DNA of 64,000 nt. It comes from a virus. This document shows, in pieces, positions 19,100-29,040 of this stretch. The position numbers and the translations under genes are program-made. The first letter of the stretch is position 1, and each line of letters begins with the position of its first letter. The stretch lies in the IMG/VR virus record IMGVR_UViG_3300046792_000213, positions 12,394 through 76,393 of that record; one strand, given 5' to 3'. The notes under the pieces are model-generated. The model had not been told where the DNA came from, did not search any database, and saw only the letters and a program-made list of their open reading frames with translations.

Positions 19100-19366
19100 C
19101 TACTCCTTCTCGCAGGCGCCGCCGCAGCGGCCACACGTCTTGACGTAGGCGGCGAATCCGCAGTCCGTGCAGCGGTAGCCGCCGCGGGTGCGCCCGCCGA
19201 GATTGGCGGGGAACGCCCCGTACTCGCGGAGGGCACGTTCGTGCTGCGGGTTGGTGACGGTGACGGTGCCGTCACGTCCGGCGGTGTACGCGGTTTTGGT
19301 GCCGGTCTGGGCGCCGAGGATGTCGATGCCGCGGACGGCTCCGTCGGGCAGGCAGAGGCGGGTCAC
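19100..19366 (-). CDS. Small zinc-ribbon protein
   Basis: GYRCTDCGF...CGRCG; GGAGGA RBS. Confidence 0.7.
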   Translation of the reverse strand: MTRLCLPDGAVRGIDILGAQTGTKTAYTAGRDGTVTVTNPQHERALREYGAFPANLGGRTRGGYRCTDCGFAAYVKTCGRCGGACEKE

Positions 19367-19439
19367 GGGGTCCTCCGGTGGGGGTGGTGAGGGTTGGTCC
19401 TGCGACCCCGCACCCTCGGGCGGGGCCGCAGGAGGTGGG

Positions 19440-21164
19440 TCAGCCTGCCTTGATGCCGGTGATCGCGGCGTTCCAGGCAGGTGCGTAGCACAGCAGCGCC
19501 CCGAACCAGTAGCTGGAGGACTCGAAGCTGAACTGGTTGACGGGCCAGTCGATTCCCATGAGGTCCTGGACGTTGAAGACGCTCCAGATGTCGCTGACCT
19601 GGGAGTCCGGGATGGGCAGGCTGTCAGAGAGGATCACCGAGCTGCCCTGCGGCATCCAGGGGTGGACCTCGACGGCGACACCCTTGCCGGTGACCTCGTT
19701 GATGATCGTGTTCACGACGTCGCCGATGGTCACACCGGTCAACTGGTCCTGCGCGATCGTCATCCGGTAGTTGCTGGACGAGTTCGTCTTGAGGGCGTCG
19801 GACAGCTGCTTCCGGTCCGCGCCGTTCAGCAGGGTCCGGTCCGGGTCGGCCTTGACCGCGTTGTAGAGGGCGACGAACGCGTTCTGCCACTCCACGCCCG
19901 GGTTGGTGTTGCTGAGAGCACCGTTGATGCGACTGACGTAACCCGAGTCCGGGCCGGTGCAGATCGGCAGGATGCCGTCGTACCCGGCCGCGTAGGCGGA
20001 GGTGTCGCCGGTGACCGTCGATGCGGCGACACCCGACGTCGGCAGGGCACCCGTGATGGTGAACGTGTTGTAGCCAGACTTGCCGGCGTACCAGCGCGAA
20101 GCGTCGCCGGGGTCGGAGGCGCCGGTGGACACGTACACGCGCATGCCAGTCGCGCCTGCGGGAAGGACAGCGGTGACGTCCACGACCTGCCCGTTGGCGA
20201 CCGCGACGGTCACGGCGGAGGTCAGAACGGACTGGCCGAAGTCGCCCGCATCCGAGGTGACCTTGATGTACAGGCTGGTGGTGGCACCGGAGATGCCCAC
20301 CTCGGACCCGGCGGCGGACCGGGCGGTGCCCGCGAGGCCGGTCGGGGCGGCGAGGGCGCCGATGAATCCGTTGCCGGACGTGCCGCGGCCCATGAGGAGC
20401 ATGCGCTCCTCCAGCAGCATGCTGGAGTACATGAGGCTGGTGCGGGACAGCTGCCGGATGTCCTGGTAGCCCTGACCGGCGTACTGCGCGGACCACGTCA
20501 CCGCGTCGCTGACGCTGAACTGGCTGTAGGAGACGTTCTTGTCGTACCCGGCGTAGCTGATCTTCGGGCCGCGGGCGTAGTACAGGGCGTTGGACGCGCC
20601 GCCCGGGGCGAAGTTCGTCTGGGTGCTGTCGACGATGCCCGGGTGGATGTTGCCGACCCCGCCGGTGCCGGTGCCCGTGAAGCCGCTGATGACCTTGAAG
20701 CGGTGGGACAGGCCGATGCCCTTCTTCCGCGGGATGCGGTTCCGCAGCGGCGTCGGCCGCGGTGTGAGCATCTTCGCGGGGGCTTCCAGGTCGAACGCGA
20801 CCAGGCCGCTGGAGAGCGGGCTGGTGGTGGAGATGTCCTTGACGAGGTCCGGCTGCTGCGACTTCAAGTCGGTCAGCGCCGCGGTCACGGACGCCAGGGC
20901 CTCCGCGGACAGGCCCTTGACGATGTCGGGCCGGTCCAGGGCCTTGGTGAGGGCACCGTAGGCGGTGTTCGGGGCCTGGTCGAAGCTGATGCCGCGGCCC
21001 TCGGTGAAGGCCTCCACGACGTCCTGCGGCCCGAGGACCCGGGACGGGGCGTTGTCGACGGCGTCCATGAGCGCGTCGAAGCGGGTGGAGACCTCGGCCT
21101 TGGACAGGCTCGGGGCTTCCGGTGCGTCACCGAACAGTACGTCGGCGCGGGGCAGAGCCATGAT
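19440..21164 (-). CDS. Major capsid protein with inserted Fn3/Ig-like domain
   Basis: FDLEAPAKML.P..TPLRNRIPR, VEVHPWMPQG, APAWNAAITGI; follows protease/scaffold. Confidence 0.85.
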   Translation of the reverse strand: MMALPRADVLFGDAPEAPSLSKAEVSTRFDALMDAVDNAPSRVLGPQDVVEAFTEGRGISFDQAPNTAYGALTKALDRPDIVKGLSAEALASVTAALTDLKSQQPDLVKDISTTSPLSSGLVAFDLEAPAKMLTPRPTPLRNRIPRKKGIGLSHRFKVISGFTGTGTGGVGNIHPGIVDSTQTNFAPGGASNALYYARGPKISYAGYDKNVSYSQFSVSDAVTWSAQYAGQGYQDIRQLSRTSLMYSSMLLEERMLLMGRGTSGNGFIGALAAPTGLAGTARSAAGSEVGISGATTSLYIKVTSDAGDFGQSVLTSAVTVAVANGQVVDVTAVLPAGATGMRVYVSTGASDPGDASRWYAGKSGYNTFTITGALPTSGVAASTVTGDTSAYAAGYDGILPICTGPDSGYVSRINGALSNTNPGVEWQNAFVALYNAVKADPDRTLLNGADRKQLSDALKTNSSSNYRMTIAQDQLTGVTIGDVVNTIINEVTGKGVAVEVHPWMPQGSSVILSDSLPIPDSQVSDIWSVFNVQDLMGIDWPVNQFSFESSSYWFGALLCYAPAWNAAITGIKAG

Positions 21165-21225
21165 GGCCCCTTTCATGCGAAAGACCCCACAGCGGGGGTC
21201 GGAGTTGGCGGAGGGGTGTGCAGGC

Positions 21226-23031
21226 TCAGGCGTCGGCCTTGGTCAGGAGCGCCTGTGCGCGCTCCAGGTAGCCGTCACGCAGGTCACGGTCGGAGACCTG
21301 ATCGGCCTTGACCTTGAGGGCTGCGGCTTCCTGTCGCAGGCGGTCGGCGTCGCCGCCGCGTGCAATTGCCTGCTGTGCAGAGGTGCGAGTGAGCACGGGT
21401 CCGCCCGGGGTGGGCATGGCCCGGAACTCCTCGATGGCCTGCTCCGCCTTCGTCAACTTCGCCGCGAGCGCGGTCTCGCGCTCCTGTGCGGCTTCCGTGA
21501 CCTCTGCGACTGCGGCCTTGACGAGTTCGGCCACATCGGCCTTCGTCACTGCGTCGGCGGGCGGCTCGCTGGCTGCGGGCTCGTCCTCCTTGGGGGTCTC
21601 TCCGGGCTCCTCCGGCTCACCCTGGGTGGGCTGCTCGGGGGTCTCCGGGGTCTGGAGGGTGGACTCGACGGCCGACTCCGCGGGTTCTGCGGCGGGCTCG
21701 TCCGGAGTCTCTGGGGTTTCGGGGGTGTCGGTCTTGGTGATGTCGGGCTGGTCGGAGAGGCCCATGTCGGCGTCTCCGTCGCCGTTCTGTTCGCGCTCTT
21801 CGCGGTTCTTGAACCAGGTGAGGGAGCGGACGGCGTCGAGGAGGAGGCTGATGTCGATGGCCTCGTTGAGGTTGCCCTGGGCGAGGGATTCCGCTTCGGC
21901 GATGATGAGGCGGGCGATGACCGCGATGGCGCTCTGGGCGTCGGCGATGTCCTCGGCCTCGCTGTCATCGGCCTTGGCGAGGGCTGGGGCGACGGCGCGC
22001 GCGTCGCGAAGGACCTCCTCGGCCTTCGCTACAGTCTCCGCATCCACGGCGACGTCGGGCTCGTCGGCCTTTGCAGCTTCCTTGAGGGATCCGTCGGGGT
22101 TCCAGTTGTCGGGCACCATGGCCTCCAGTCCGAGGGCCTTCGCCCGCTTGATGACGTGTGCGCGGATCTTGTCGTGGCCAGTGCCGCCGCGGCCCACGGC
22201 CTTGATGGCCTTTCGCAGGTCGGCCTTCGTGCTGATCGGGTAGCTGCCGTCAGGCATTGCGGCGCCCGAGGTGGCGGCCTTCTTCCGGCCAGCCGCTGAC
22301 AGGTCCGCTTTGCCAACCTCGCCACGGAGGTCTTGCTCCGACATCACGGCGCCCTGGACCACGACGTTAACTGTGACCTGCGGCGCGGCATCGTCCGTCT
22401 TGGTGGCCTCCGCGGTCACGGTGGCGCCGCCTGAGGCGAGAGCGGCGAGGGCTTCCTTCACGGGGGCGGCGAGGCGGTCGTACAGCTCGGGGAGCAGCCC
22501 GAACGCCTCGGCGTCGGACTTCTCCGTGACGTGAGCGTCGGGGACGACCTCCAGGTCGCCGCCGATTCCGTCGGCCTTGGCGATCTCGAAGAGAGTGGTG
22601 GGGTTGCAGGGCCGGTCAACGACGGAGACCTCAATGATGTCCCCGCCGACGATCTCGCCACCCGGGGCGTCGGCCTTCCCCAGGGTGACCTTCGGGTTCT
22701 TGATGCCCACGGAAAAGCCCTTGAGGACGCCGTGCTCGCACTTCAGAACCGCAACCGGGTCGACGATTCGGGCGGCCAGCATGTGCATGTCGCCGTCCGC
22801 CTTGGACAGTCCGACGCCGACGCCCACCGCACGCTTGCCGTCGTGCTGCTCGCGGACGTTGCCACCCTGGTTGAACCAGGCGGGCATGGCCTGGTCCAGC
22901 CACTGTGCGTTCAGGCGCTGCTGATCTCGGTCCAGGTCCGGTGATGCGGCCGGCCCGTACACGAGCAGGGTGCCGTCATCGTCCTTTTCCATCTTCGTGA
23001 TGGGCGCCCACGCATATGTGGTCTCAGGCAT
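21226..23031 (-). CDS. Prohead protease-scaffold fusion (internal DUF6582-like domain)
   Basis: NVREQH, LKGFSVG, EVSVVDRPCNP; MPDGSYPI...IKRAKALG; acidic coiled-coil C-terminus. Confidence 0.85.
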   Translation of the reverse strand: MPETTYAWAPITKMEKDDDGTLLVYGPAASPDLDRDQQRLNAQWLDQAMPAWFNQGGNVREQHDGKRAVGVGVGLSKADGDMHMLAARIVDPVAVLKCEHGVLKGFSVGIKNPKVTLGKADAPGGEIVGGDIIEVSVVDRPCNPTTLFEIAKADGIGGDLEVVPDAHVTEKSDAEAFGLLPELYDRLAAPVKEALAALASGGATVTAEATKTDDAAPQVTVNVVVQGAVMSEQDLRGEVGKADLSAAGRKKAATSGAAMPDGSYPISTKADLRKAIKAVGRGGTGHDKIRAHVIKRAKALGLEAMVPDNWNPDGSLKEAAKADEPDVAVDAETVAKAEEVLRDARAVAPALAKADDSEAEDIADAQSAIAVIARLIIAEAESLAQGNLNEAIDISLLLDAVRSLTWFKNREEREQNGDGDADMGLSDQPDITKTDTPETPETPDEPAAEPAESAVESTLQTPETPEQPTQGEPEEPGETPKEDEPAASEPPADAVTKADVAELVKAAVAEVTEAAQERETALAAKLTKAEQAIEEFRAMPTPGGPVLTRTSAQQAIARGGDADRLRQEAAALKVKADQVSDRDLRDGYLERAQALLTKADA

Positions 23032-23076
23032 GAATTCCTCCTCGCCCGGTGCGCGGGCGCGCTGTAGTGAAGACGG

Positions 23077-25710
23077 TCAGGCGGGCATCGGGTAGCACCG
23101 GCAGTTGGGATGCGCCGGCGGGGCATCGGACCCGTCCGGCCACGCGTCGCCGATGGCGCGGGCTCCAGCAGTTGCGTTGGCGGTGCAGACCGGGCAGGCA
23201 TCGGGCTCAGCCACCCACCGCCACTCCGTGATCCCCGCGGCGGTGTACTCCTGGCGGGCGGCCTCACTGGTTGCCCGGGTGAGTTCGGTGAGGGCGACTC
23301 GGCGTGCCCATGCGTCGTCCGTCAGGGCGTCACGCAGTAGGTCGGCGAGTTCCTCGCGGCCAAGGCCCCGGCGCTTTGCGTCGGCCAGGATGCGTGCGAA
23401 CGTCTGCAGGCGCCTGTCTGCGATGGGGGGTATGCGGGTCTTGCTGTCGTCGAGGAACGCGGCGAGAGCGTCGGCCATGACCGTGGTGAGCCGTTGCCGG
23501 GTGGTGGCGTCGTCTCCGATGGTCCAGTTGAACTCAGCCCTGGTGCCGGTGGTAACCGCATGTGCGGAAATCGCACCGATGACCCAACCCTCGGACCAAA
23601 TCCCGGCGAGCACCGCCGCAAGAGGTGCGGTGAGGCTGACCCCTTGGGCCACGAGGAACGCCACAGCCACAGCCAAGGCGGCGTCGGGGTCGCCCTCCTG
23701 TGGTGGCACTACCGCTTCCTGTGCGATCCACCGTTCGGCCAGTTGATCAGCGTCAACGGTCGAGGCGACGTCGCTACTGAGGCGGTCGGCCCACAGGGTG
23801 GCGGTGTCCTGGTCGCGGTCCCATCCGGGCCAGGCGACCGCATCACCTTTTGGGTCAGCGCTCACCCCGTCGGGCGGGGCGAAGACCACGTGTTGATCGT
23901 TCAGGCCCGTCGGTGCATCGGCCTTGGTAACGGTCTGGAACTGGAAAGGCCGCTTCGGTGCTGGGTTCTTGCGTGCCCAGCGGCGGTAGGAGGCGAGTTC
24001 GGTTTTGACCTGCTCGGCCCGGTCGTCGTCCTCCTCTGGGTCCTTGGTGTTCGTGTCCGGGCCGTGGGGGGCGTCGAGGACACCGTCGGCGTCCGTGTCG
24101 GCCTGTGGCGGCCCAACGATCGGCCCCACCACTTCCCCGGCCGGGGCCAGGTCTGATGCTCCCGCGAGGAACACCAGGCCGCGTGCTGTACGCACCACAG
24201 GCATGTCCGCTTCGGGAAAGTCGAACCTTGGGAGACCCATGCGGTCGCGGTCTTCGTTGTAGGTCATCCGGCCGGCCTCAACGCGGGCTGCGGCGACCTC
24301 ATCGGCCGCGGCGGCGTCTTCCTCTTCGAGACCGAGGAAGCGGATCTCCAGCTCGGACGGCATGCCAAGGTGCTTGCGGGAGATGTCCGTGAGGAGCTGC
24401 TGCAACCAGCGCAGTGTGGGCAGCGTGCCCTTGCGCTGCTGCACGTCGGCTTGGCCCTCGTGCCACCCGCTGCTGCCGAGGCCGCCCTGCTCGGTGAACC
24501 CGAGTTCGGCGATGGTCACGTCGAAGTGGGCGGCCATGAGCTTGACCAGGAACAGGTCGTACTCGGGCTTGTACCGTTCGGCGACGTCCTGCTCGGTGTT
24601 GATGTCGAAGCCGGGCGGCAGGACCCGCATCCGGTGCCGGGCCGCGGTGCCACCGGAGTAGGTGTCGTTGAGGTTCGTCTCGTACTCAAGGACCTGCGAC
24701 GGGGTCCACCCGGTCTGCCCATTCTGGGTGATCCATCCGGCGGGCAGGGTGCCCTCGGTGTACTCGTCACGGATCCATTTGCGGCGGCGCAGCCACACGT
24801 CGACGTCTTCGAGGGCCTGCTCGACGGCGGAGTACCCGTAGGGGGTGTGGGCGCGGACGTTGCGCCGCTTGTAGACGAGCCGGTCGGAGCGGTACCCGTT
24901 GAGGACGTTCCCGTCGGCGTCGGTGTCCGCGATGAACTCCCCGCGGGGGAAGCCCCACAGGATCTGCTGGAATGCCGGATTCGGGGGCGCCGGCCGGCCG
25001 CCGCGGTGATCCCGCAGCGGCTTGATGGTGGACCCGTCGAGGATCTCCAGGGCGTACAGGTCCCCGCCGTAGGTCAGCCGCGGGTAAATCGCAACCGCGT
25101 CGAGCACCAGGTGCTCTTCGAGGAGCTTCGAGCACCAGTCGCCGAAGGACTCGTCCTGCCCGGGGTCGGGCTGCTCCCAGAAGCGGGTGCACCGGGCGAT
25201 GTCCGGTGACAGGCGCTCGCGTAGGGCGCCCTCCACCTCGGAGCGGGGCTTGCCCGTGGTGTGCTGGGCCGCCTCCACGGCCTGCTTGGTGATGGTGACT
25301 GCCCAGTCCAGGCCGGCCACCTCCGCTTTGCGGATCTCAATGCAGCGGCGGGGCAGCCCGCCGGCGTCGGCAGCGTCCCGCAGGACCTTCCACGGCACCA
25401 ACCGGTCGCCAGTCAGTCCGATGTTGCTGGTGACTGGGTATTCGTTGAAGCGGGGCTCGGGGCGGCCGGTGTCCGGGCGGGGCGGGTCGATCGCCGCCGG
25501 GAACAGGGGCACGCCCGGCCCGAAGGCGACCTGCGGGTCGGTGCGGGGCAGCGGTACAGACACGCCGGTGACCTGTTGGCCGCCGCGGGCCGAAGCGTTG
25601 GCGATCGAGGCGACCTGCTCTGCGGTGAACGTCGCAACGGGCGTCGTCGCCGGGCTGATCGCCTTCGTGATCTCGGGGATGCGCCGGAACAGGTCACGCC
25701 AGCGAGCCAC
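23077..25710 (-). CDS. Portal protein with in-frame MuF/gp7-like C-terminal domain
   Basis: Follows TerL; PYGYSAVEQ, MTYNEDR; C-terminal TELTRA...ACPVC...PPAHPNCRC. Confidence 0.9.
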   Translation of the reverse strand: MARWRDLFRRIPEITKAISPATTPVATFTAEQVASIANASARGGQQVTGVSVPLPRTDPQVAFGPGVPLFPAAIDPPRPDTGRPEPRFNEYPVTSNIGLTGDRLVPWKVLRDAADAGGLPRRCIEIRKAEVAGLDWAVTITKQAVEAAQHTTGKPRSEVEGALRERLSPDIARCTRFWEQPDPGQDESFGDWCSKLLEEHLVLDAVAIYPRLTYGGDLYALEILDGSTIKPLRDHRGGRPAPPNPAFQQILWGFPRGEFIADTDADGNVLNGYRSDRLVYKRRNVRAHTPYGYSAVEQALEDVDVWLRRRKWIRDEYTEGTLPAGWITQNGQTGWTPSQVLEYETNLNDTYSGGTAARHRMRVLPPGFDINTEQDVAERYKPEYDLFLVKLMAAHFDVTIAELGFTEQGGLGSSGWHEGQADVQQRKGTLPTLRWLQQLLTDISRKHLGMPSELEIRFLGLEEEDAAAADEVAAARVEAGRMTYNEDRDRMGLPRFDFPEADMPVVRTARGLVFLAGASDLAPAGEVVGPIVGPPQADTDADGVLDAPHGPDTNTKDPEEDDDRAEQVKTELASYRRWARKNPAPKRPFQFQTVTKADAPTGLNDQHVVFAPPDGVSADPKGDAVAWPGWDRDQDTATLWADRLSSDVASTVDADQLAERWIAQEAVVPPQEGDPDAALAVAVAFLVAQGVSLTAPLAAVLAGIWSEGWVIGAISAHAVTTGTRAEFNWTIGDDATTRQRLTTVMADALAAFLDDSKTRIPPIADRRLQTFARILADAKRRGLGREELADLLRDALTDDAWARRVALTELTRATSEAARQEYTAAGITEWRWVAEPDACPVCTANATAGARAIGDAWPDGSDAPPAHPNCRCYPMPA

Positions 25711-25730
25711 GGTGCACCCCCGGTCCGTTG

Positions 25731-27197
25731 TCAGGCGGCAGTGCCACCGGCTTCACGCATCTGCCGCAACCAGTCCATGGCCTGCGCCGCAGAGCCCTGG
25801 TTGATCAGGAGGCGGGCGAGGGCTTGACTGGTGCCGTCGACCTGGTCGTCGTGCGCGCCGTTCGGAAACGAGGAGTGCTCGACGATGAAGTCGTCAACCC
25901 AGGGCGCCATCGATGGCTCCGGCAGGAACACGTTCCCAGCCTCCTGGAACGGGGACACCGCCGAGGCTCGCGCGTACTTCGACCCTTCGGGGTTGATGGG
26001 GATCATGCCGGGGACAGTCGACCGCAACTGCGCGATCACCGCGGATCCGTTGGCTTTGTCCTCGACCAGTTTCGCGTTGGCCTGCGGCCACTTCGCCGAC
26101 AGGGCCTGCAGCGCCCGGCAGGTGGCAGGAAAGTCGAGGCGGTCACGGATCTGGTCGAGGAGGTACACCTCGGCGCCGAACCGCGCCCAGACCTGGCCGA
26201 CAACGAAGTCGCTTCCCTTGGTGTCCTTGAACGCCATGTCCCAGGACTGGATGACCTCGTCCGCGCCGTGTATCCAGCGCGTTCCGTCTTCCCGCACAGC
26301 CCACTTCGGCGCCGGGTACCAGCGCCACTTCGACCGTTTGAACAGGCCACCTTCGGCAGGCGCGGGACGCCCTTGGTAGAGGCTCGCCCAGGTCGCGGCC
26401 CCGACGTCTCGTTTAGTGTCTTCCCAGTCCTTTGGGCTGCGCCCGCGGGCCGAGGTGAGGTATTCACCTGGGGCACGCCCGAGCGGGTCGCTCTGGTCTT
26501 CGGCTTGGGCGGGAACGTTGATGTACCGCCAGTCGCCGGCCGACGGCCCGGACAGGAGCCGGCCGGACAGGTCGTCTTCGTGCCACCGGGTCTGCACGAC
26601 GACCACGACCGCGTCGGGAGCAAGGCGGGTACGGGCGGTGTCCGTCCAGAAGTCCCAGCAGGCTTGCCGGTACGTCGGCGAGTCGGCTTCTTTGCGGCCC
26701 TTGAGGGGGTCGTCGATGATCAGGACATCGACGGGGCGCCCGGTGAGCGCGCCGCCAATGCCGACGGAGTAGACGCCGCCGAGTGCGTCCATGAGCTGCC
26801 ATTCGTGGGCAGCTGAGGTGTCGTGCCGGACGGTCAGGCCGAGTTCGGGGTGGACGGCGATGTCGTTGCGGATTGCCCGGCCCCAGCGCCTGGCGACTCC
26901 GAGTTCGTAGGAGACGATCGCGATCCGCAGGTCCGGGTTCCTGGTGAGCAGCCAGGTGGGGAACCGGCGGGAAGTCCGCTCGGACTTCCCTTCCTGTGGC
27001 GGCATGGAGAAGATCAGGCGCTTGCAGCGCCCCTCTGCGACGTCCACGAGGTTGTCGTCAAGGAGTTGCAGGGCTGCGGTCTGGCGGGTCCGCGGGTCGG
27101 CGTGCTGGGCCAACTCTCCCGGTGAGCTGAATTTGCCAGTGCCGGGTTCTTCGATCTGATCCGCAGCTCCGTCGAGGTAGTCCGTCACGGCTGCCAC
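25731..27197 (-). CDS. terL: Terminase large subunit
   Basis: MPPQEGKS Walker A, LIIDDP Walker B, QTRWHEDD, QSWDMAFK, HDDQVD. Confidence 0.96.
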   Translation of the reverse strand: MAAVTDYLDGAADQIEEPGTGKFSSPGELAQHADPRTRQTAALQLLDDNLVDVAEGRCKRLIFSMPPQEGKSERTSRRFPTWLLTRNPDLRIAIVSYELGVARRWGRAIRNDIAVHPELGLTVRHDTSAAHEWQLMDALGGVYSVGIGGALTGRPVDVLIIDDPLKGRKEADSPTYRQACWDFWTDTARTRLAPDAVVVVVQTRWHEDDLSGRLLSGPSAGDWRYINVPAQAEDQSDPLGRAPGEYLTSARGRSPKDWEDTKRDVGAATWASLYQGRPAPAEGGLFKRSKWRWYPAPKWAVREDGTRWIHGADEVIQSWDMAFKDTKGSDFVVGQVWARFGAEVYLLDQIRDRLDFPATCRALQALSAKWPQANAKLVEDKANGSAVIAQLRSTVPGMIPINPEGSKYARASAVSPFQEAGNVFLPEPSMAPWVDDFIVEHSSFPNGAHDDQVDGTSQALARLLINQGSAAQAMDWLRQMREAGGTAA

Positions 27198-27199
27198 CT

Positions 27200-27955
27200 C
27201 TAGTCGGACGACGTCCTGAGCCTCTGTGCGGCGATTCGGCGGGCCTCTACGGGGTCGCCGCCGCCGCCGATGAAGTAGGCGATGACGTCGTTGACGGCCG
27301 CCACGACTCGGGTCATCTTGTCTTCTTCGATCTTCGCCAGGCGTTCGTCGATGCCGAGTTTGGCGTATGCGAGGAGCCTGTCGCCGACGCGTCCGAGGGC
27401 GCGCTCATAGACGACGATCTCGGAGCGGAGCTGCTCGGCACCGCGGGCGTCGGTGTAGCGGATGTCGTCCGCCCCGAGGTCTTTGACGAGGGTGGCGAGA
27501 ATGTCCTTGAACAGGACTTCCTCGCCAATGTGCTGCGACAGCGCCGTGAGCGGGTTGTCGACAGGCACGATGTCGAACAGGGTGGCGAGCTGACGGGCCT
27601 TCTTCTCGATCTTGGCTTCTGCCACGCGTCGCTCACCTGCCGCTCTCGTGATCGGGTTGGATCCGCCGTGCCGCCAGCAGACAGTCAGGCCTTTCATCGC
27701 CCAGAGTTTGCAGGGCCGGGTGAGGTGCCCGTCGGCGTCTTGGGCTTTGCCCTGGCAGCGACGGTCCTCGGGTGGGGTCTGTGAGGGGATGTTCTTCCGG
27801 TCGGGCGAGTGGGACTGGCAGACGTCCCGGCCCTTCATCGTCCACTGCGGGCACCGGTACGGGGGTCCCGCGTAGTGGTGCCCGTCGACCATGGCCTTGC
27901 AGCGCCGCTCTGGGGGCGGGTCCCCGGCCTTGTCCTGCGGGTGGTCGCGCGCCAT
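27200..27955 (-). CDS. Terminase small subunit (tandem Cys/His knuckles)
   Basis: Immediately upstream of TerL; RC..C..C..H twice with CWRHGG; KLGIDERL. Confidence 0.75.
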   Translation of the reverse strand: MARDHPQDKAGDPPPERRCKAMVDGHHYAGPPYRCPQWTMKGRDVCQSHSPDRKNIPSQTPPEDRRCQGKAQDADGHLTRPCKLWAMKGLTVCWRHGGSNPITRAAGERRVAEAKIEKKARQLATLFDIVPVDNPLTALSQHIGEEVLFKDILATLVKDLGADDIRYTDARGAEQLRSEIVVYERALGRVGDRLLAYAKLGIDERLAKIEEDKMTRVVAAVNDVIAYFIGGGGDPVEARRIAAQRLRTSSD

Positions 27956-27971
27956 GACCCTCCCTGCGGAG

Positions 27972-28373
27972 TTACCAGCCCTCGGGTAGCTGCGCGGGCT
28001 CGTCACCGGGGTCGGACTGCGGGGGCTGTTCGGGGGTGCAGTCGCAGCCGGGCAGGTCGCTGGTGGCGGGGGCCGTGCAGGACCCTTGGTGGACGAGGGA
28101 CGCGGCGTCCAGGGTGATCGCGTGATGGAGGCAGCCGTGGACGGCGCGCGTGTAGTCGGCGCAGTCGGGCAGCGGCCCGAACTCGGGGAGCGGCTTGTCG
28201 TGGTCGGCGAGGAGCAGCACCTGGTCCCGGCGGTCCCGCTCGATCTGCTGAGCGGCAGCGATTTCATCGCCGGTGAGGCGCCGCTGCCAGTGCACAACCG
28301 CAGTGTCACCGCACAGGCCGCACGTAGGGCCCGCGAGGGCAATGGGTGCGGGCTCAATGTCGGGCTCGATCAT
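27972..28373 (-). CDS. Cys-rich hypothetical protein
   Basis: GGGAG RBS; CGLCG...CLHH...C...CDC. Confidence 0.65.
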   Translation of the reverse strand: MIEPDIEPAPIALAGPTCGLCGDTAVVHWQRRLTGDEIAAAQQIERDRRDQVLLLADHDKPLPEFGPLPDCADYTRAVHGCLHHAITLDAASLVHQGSCTAPATSDLPGCDCTPEQPPQSDPGDEPAQLPEGW

Positions 28374-28479
28374 GTGACTCCCCTGTCGGTGCGCTTGGGC
28401 GGCGTGAACGAACGCTGGGGGGCGCAGCGAGGCCCAGCGGAACCACGGCGGCGAGGTAACGGAGCAGCTCAACCACGGG

Positions 28480-28671
28480 CTACGCCTCCTCTGTGAGTTC
28501 GGTGTCGGAGGTGGCGGTGAACCCGATGGGGGGCTTGGCCAGCGTTGCGGGTGTGGCGTCGAGGAGGCGCCGCGCGGTCGCTTCGGCCTCGGCGAGCTTC
28601 TTCCGGCCGCTGCCCTTGATGCGGACGAAGACCTGCTTGTCACCGGACACGATGGTGATCCGCACCCTCAC
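28480..28671 (-). CDS. Small hypothetical protein
   Basis: GAGGAG RBS; PIGF motif. Confidence 0.6.
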   Translation of the reverse strand: MRVRITIVSGDKQVFVRIKGSGRKKLAEAEATARRLLDATPATLAKPPIGFTATSDTELTEEA

Positions 28672-28711
28672 TCCTCACGATCACGCCTACCGACAACCGG
28701 GGCCCGGCGCT

Positions 28712-29014
28712 TCATCCGCCTCCGCCCGTACCGCCGCTTCTGCCGGGCGCCGGGGTGGTTACGCTCGGCAACGACGACGACGGAGCAGCGGTGCTGCAGG
28801 CCGCGGGGTTGAAGACCGAGCACTCCGTCGGCGTGGCGGTGGGAGGGGGTGTGGTCGGGGGCGGCAGCGTCGGGTGCGTCGGCGGGGGTGTCGTCGGAGG
28901 GCGCGTGGGCGTGACCGTGATCGGCACTGGTCCCGGCTTGTCGTGGGCGCACGCGGCAAGACCGCCAAGCGCCAGGACCGCGACAGCAGCAGCAGTGAGA
29001 GCGCGCAGGCGCAT
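28712..29014 (-). CDS. Pro/Thr-rich lipoprotein
   Basis: Signal peptide with lipobox LAAC; PT repeats. Confidence 0.65.
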   Translation of the reverse strand: MRLRALTAAAVAVLALGGLAACAHDKPGPVPITVTPTRPPTTPPPTHPTLPPPTTPPPTATPTECSVFNPAACSTAAPSSSLPSVTTPAPGRSGGTGGGG

Positions 29015-29040
29015 GGGACTCCCCTGGGAGTAGAGGGATT

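Noticed and set aside
23077-23800. MuF polymorphic toxin
   Set aside because: MuF domain ends at HPNCRC with no toxin extension or immunity gene
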